A DNA stretch of 29,803 bases from positions 1-29,803 of the forward strand of contig JBBIIQ010000002.1 in NCBI GenBank assembly GCA_037446405.1. Direction: 5' to 3'. Source of the DNA: Armatimonadota bacterium. Its GTDB lineage: Bacteria > Sysuimicrobiota > Sysuimicrobiia > Sysuimicrobiales > Humicultoraceae. The notes beneath the pieces were generated by a model. It ran no database searches, was not told the origin of the DNA, and saw nothing but the letters and a program-made list of their open reading frames with translations. This document shows positions 26,609 to 29,803 of this stretch, piece by piece (position 1 is the first letter of the stretch; each line of letters begins with the position of its first letter). Made by a program: the position numbers and the translations under genes.

Positions 26609-27400
26609 CTACGCCTTTCTTCCCCTCCGCAGCGGGTGCAGCCGCAGGGACGAGCCGGCGCGCAGACCGGTGCGCGCGGCGGCGCTGCCCTCGCGCACCG
26701 CGATCTCCAGCAGCCCCTCGCTGCCGGGGACGAGGAGGAGCTCTCCCCGCCTGCCGCTCCCGTAGGTCGCCTGCAGGCGGAGGGGCCATGCGCCTCGGGC
26801 GGTGCGCAGCGTGAAGGCTGAGTGCGGTGCGGCGACCTCCGGGGGGATGCTGGTGACCAGGTTGCCGAAGGGATCGACGTAGAGCACCTCGCCGACCAGC
26901 ACGTCCCCGCGCCGCTCTCTTTGCGGTGCGGGCAGCTCCACCGGGTCATCGATAGGACGGCCAAGGAGGGTCGGCGGTTCGCCGAGCAACAGCCGCGCCG
27001 CCGCCGGGGCGAAGAGGTCGCGGCCGTGGAAGGTGCTGGAGGCAAAGGGCAGCACGACCGCGGGGTCCAGGTGAAAGGCGCGCGGCCGGCCCAGGCGGCG
27101 TGCCGCCGGCAGGAGCAGGCCGTTGTCGGGCCCGACGAAGCACTGCCCGCCCGAAGCCACCACCAGCGGCCGCCGCGCCGTGCCTACGCCCGGATCGACC
27201 ACGGCCAGGTGGACGGTGCCGGCCGGACAGAAGGGCGCCACGGCGGCCAGCAGGAACGCGCCCTCGCGCACGTCGTGGCGGCGCACATCGTGGCTGATGT
27301 CCAGAAAGCACGCCTCCACGCGCGCGGCCACCACCGCCTTCATGGCGGCGGGATAGGGGGAGCGGCTCCCGAAGTCAGACAGCAGGGTCAGCAGGCGCAT
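26609..27400 (-). CDS. DUF62 / SAM hydroxide adenosyltransferase (chlorinase/fluorinase superfamily)
   Basis: LTLLSDFG, DISHDV, AVVDPGVGTARR, GPDNGLL, STFHGRDLFAP, YVDPFGNLVT, GSEGLLEIAVREG. Confidence 0.92.
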   Translation of the reverse strand: MRLLTLLSDFGSRSPYPAAMKAVVAARVEACFLDISHDVRRHDVREGAFLLAAVAPFCPAGTVHLAVVDPGVGTARRPLVVASGGQCFVGPDNGLLLPAARRLGRPRAFHLDPAVVLPFASSTFHGRDLFAPAAARLLLGEPPTLLGRPIDDPVELPAPQRERRGDVLVGEVLYVDPFGNLVTSIPPEVAAPHSAFTLRTARGAWPLRLQATYGSGRRGELLLVPGSEGLLEIAVREGSAAARTGLRAGSSLRLHPLRRGRKA

Positions 27401-27469
27401 GGCGTCGTCCCGGCGCAGCCGTATCGTCTGCCGGGCCCGCTCTTCCCGGTCCGCCCCAGGTTCCGTCGC

Positions 27470-28651
27470 TCACCCCTGCTCCCCCCAGGTGATGATCAGC
27501 CGGGCCAGCACCTCGGCGGTAGCCGCCACCGAGGCCAGGTCCACCCACTCCTCCGCGGCGTGCGCACCCGAGCCGGCGGGGCCGAAGACCACGGTGGGGA
27601 TGCCGACGGCGGCCAGCAGCGCCGAGTCCATCCAGGGGGAGGCACCCACCAGTGCCGGCTCCCGCCCCAGCACCGCCGCCGCGGCGCGCCGCAGCGCGCG
27701 GACCAGCGGCGCCTGCGGCGGGATCTCCAGCCCGGGGCGGAACAGCGACAGGGACCAGGTGGCTTCGAAGGAGGGGTCCGCGCGGCGCAGCTCCGCGAGC
27801 AGCGCCTCCACTTCCGCGGCGACGTCCTCCGGGCCCTCCGCCGGGAGCGTCCGCCGCTCCACCTGCACCCGGCAGCGCTCCGGGTAGGTACTCAGGCCCT
27901 GCCCCCCGGCGATGAGCGAGGCGTGCACCGAGGGCCGCCCCAGCAGCGGGTGACGACGGCGTGGGTAGACCTCGCGCTCCAGGCGCTCCAGCGCCGCCAG
28001 CACACGGCCCATGCGGGCGATGGCGTCCACACCCTCATCGTAGCGGCTGCCGTGCGCGGCCCGGCCGACCGTCTCCACGGTGATCCAGGCGAAGCCCTTG
28101 TGCGCGACACACACGTCCAGCGCCGTGGGCTCGGTGACGACGGCCGCCCCCGCCGTGACCTCCCCGACGAGGGCCTCGGTGCCGCGGCTGGCGTATTCCT
28201 CGTCTGCAACCATGGCCAGCAGCACGTCCCCCGGCGGCGGCCCCCCGGCCGCGGCGGCCAGCGTCGCCTCCACCATGGCCGCCACCCCGCCCTTCATGTC
28301 GAAGGCACCGCGCCCGTAGAGTCGGCCCCCCCGAGTGACCGGCTCGAAGGGGTCAATGGTCATGCCCTCCACCCCCACCGTGTCCAGGTGGCCGTTCAGG
28401 AGCAGGGCGGGCCGCTCGCCCCGCCCGCGCAGGCGCGCCAGGACGCTGGCCCGTCCGGGGGCGACCTCCCGCACCTCCGCCTCCAGCCCGGCATCGCGGC
28501 AGTACTGGCAGAGAAAGGTGGCGACGGCTCCCTCCCCCGGCGCCCCGGGGACGAGGTCCGGGTTGACAGAGTTGTGGCGCACCAGCTCGGCGAGCAGACG
28601 GGCGAGGCGGCCGGGGTCGATGGTGCGCGCCGCGTCGGGAACCTCGGGCAT
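27470..28651 (-). CDS. M20 (ArgE/DapE-like) metallohydrolase
   Basis: LNGHLDTV, GRGAFDMKGG, ADEEYAS, TEPT, AAHGS, GAHAAEE. Confidence 0.9.
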   Translation of the reverse strand: MPEVPDAARTIDPGRLARLLAELVRHNSVNPDLVPGAPGEGAVATFLCQYCRDAGLEAEVREVAPGRASVLARLRGRGERPALLLNGHLDTVGVEGMTIDPFEPVTRGGRLYGRGAFDMKGGVAAMVEATLAAAAGGPPPGDVLLAMVADEEYASRGTEALVGEVTAGAAVVTEPTALDVCVAHKGFAWITVETVGRAAHGSRYDEGVDAIARMGRVLAALERLEREVYPRRRHPLLGRPSVHASLIAGGQGLSTYPERCRVQVERRTLPAEGPEDVAAEVEALLAELRRADPSFEATWSLSLFRPGLEIPPQAPLVRALRRAAAAVLGREPALVGASPWMDSALLAAVGIPTVVFGPAGSGAHAAEEWVDLASVAATAEVLARLIITWGEQG

Positions 28652-28663
28652 GGCGGTGCGCTC

Positions 28664-29521
28664 CTACTTCAGCAGACGGGAGAGGCGCCGGTCGGCGTAG
28701 AGCTTGCCGCCGGTCTGGCATCCCGGGCAGTAGGAGGTCTCGCGCTCCTGGAAGTAGACGGCCGCCAGCCGCGCACCACAACGGGGGCACGGCTGGCCGG
28801 CCCGGCGGTGGACGCGGAAGAGGTCCTCCGGCTCGCGCGACGGCAGGACCTGGCCGAATCGGGCGCGGTGCTCCTCGACCGACCGCCGCAGGACCTCCCG
28901 GATCGCCGTGTGCAGACGGCGCTGCTCCTCCGCCTGCAGCGACCCCGTGGGGGCAAACGGCGAGAGGCGGGCCTCCCAGAGGATCTCGTCGGCCCAGGCG
29001 TTGCCGATCCCGGCCAGGTAGCGCTGGCTGGTCAGGAAGCGCTTCAGCTGCATCTTCGCCTGCGCCAGCAGCGCCGCCAGCGCGGCGGTGGTGAAGGCTG
29101 CGTCCAGCGGCTCCAGGCCCAGCGCGGACAGCGGCTCGGTCCCCTCCGCCTCCTCCGCCCGCCGCAGGTACAGCGCGGCGCGCTTCTTCGGCCCCCGCTC
29201 CACCAGCCGCAGCTCCTCACCGCCGTCGAGGCCGAGCGCCAGGGCCACGTCCCTGGTCACGCGCTGCCGCGACGACACCACCTGCAGCCGGCCGTCACGC
29301 CGCAGGTGCACGATCATGACCAGCCCGCCGGAGAGGTCGAAGAGCAGCAGCTTGCCCCTGCGGCGCACGTCCTGGACGGTCGCCCCCGTCAGGGCCGCCA
29401 GCGGCGGGTGCACCGACTTCAGCAGGGCGACACTGTGCAGGCGCACCGCGCGAATCGTCCGCCCCGCCACCCGCGGCCTGAGGGCGGCGACCAGCGCCTC
29501 AAGCCACGGAATCTCAGGCAC
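28664..29521 (-). CDS. Fpg/Nei family DNA glycosylase/AP lyase
   Basis: True start GTG 29521 gives MPEIP; RRRGKLL, HLRRDG, GIGNAWADEIL (H2TH), CPRC...CPGC zinc finger, tail TGGKLYADRRLSRLLK. Confidence 0.92.
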   Translation of the reverse strand: MPEIPWLEALVAALRPRVAGRTIRAVRLHSVALLKSVHPPLAALTGATVQDVRRRGKLLLFDLSGGLVMIVHLRRDGRLQVVSSRQRVTRDVALALGLDGGEELRLVERGPKKRAALYLRRAEEAEGTEPLSALGLEPLDAAFTTAALAALLAQAKMQLKRFLTSQRYLAGIGNAWADEILWEARLSPFAPTGSLQAEEQRRLHTAIREVLRRSVEEHRARFGQVLPSREPEDLFRVHRRAGQPCPRCGARLAAVYFQERETSYCPGCQTGGKLYADRRLSRLLK

Positions 29522-29803
29522 CGCCCAGCTCCTCCGCAGCCCGGGCACGGGCCGCCTGCAGGGCCGCGGCCACCGCGCCGCCCAGGATCCCCTGGGCGAA
29601 CTCCGACCTCCCTCCGCCCCGTCCGCCGAACTGGTGGAGAATCCGCCGCAGCAGCGCGGCCACGTCCACCCCCACGTCGGCCGAGCGGGCAAAGACCACG
29701 TGCCCCTCTTCCGTCGCCAGCAGGGCGACCAGGCCACCCCCGCGGCCCGCGCCCCGGGCCGCCCGCCCCCCTCGTCGCGGGGCCGCCCCGCCAGGGCCAG
29801 CCC
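29514..29803 (-). CDS. 3' end of a DHHA1-domain protein (AlaRS/AlaX-like editing protein C-terminus); 5' part outside the window
   Basis: Frame is open to the window edge: LVALLATEEGHVVFARSADVGVDVAALLRRILHQFGGRGGGRSEFAQG, the GGRGGG...AQG DHHA1 pattern. Confidence 0.7.
   Translation of the reverse strand, partial: AGPGGAAPRRGGRAARGAGRGGGLVALLATEEGHVVFARSADVGVDVAALLRRILHQFGGRGGGRSEFAQGILGGAVAAALQAARARAAEELGGA

Noticed and set aside
29760-29803. Possible 1-nt frameshift in a G-run at the window edge (GRPRDE reads better in another frame than the DHHA1 frame)
   Set aside because: Too little sequence to judge; the DHHA1 frame is open to the edge, and a homopolymer error cannot be told from biology without upstream sequence or reads.

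Overview
Very GC-rich (roughly 70%+ by eye) bacterial chromosomal window, almost all genes on the minus strand; no mobile element, CRISPR or rRNA was seen. Left to right: cell-envelope precursor genes (wecB partial, wecA/tagO-like, prs, glmU); a lone plus-strand secreted Ig-like/C2-like protein; tRNA-Gln(UUG) with a non-canonical T-loop; ridA; a SigH/SigR-type ECF sigma with its zinc anti-sigma; a tightly coupled sulfur amino-acid operon (lipB, cystathionine gamma-lyase, CysO/MoaD-like carrier, cystathionine beta-synthase, a ParB-fold protein, CysM, Mec JAMM protease, Rrf2); an Fe(III) ABC transporter divergent from a Fur/PerR-family gene; DinB, TrpB2, a COG3044-type ATPase, two M20 hydrolases, an S41 peptidase, CcdA, a DUF62 SAM hydrolase, an Fpg/Nei glycosylase and the 3' end of a DHHA1 protein. 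Main discovery candidate: the ParB-fold gene (10376-11215, hidden inside a longer spurious ORF in the track) resembles the free L-serine kinases SbnI/SerK over its whole length. It sits in a CysM-CysO-Mec plus CBS-CGL operon, with an O-phosphoserine-type TrpB2 nearby. This suggests a serine-kinase-fed, O-phosphoserine-centred route to cysteine (and possibly tryptophan) in a bacterium. All family calls are from motif recognition by eye; no database search was run. Several start codons were re-assigned from SD sites and gene overlaps.
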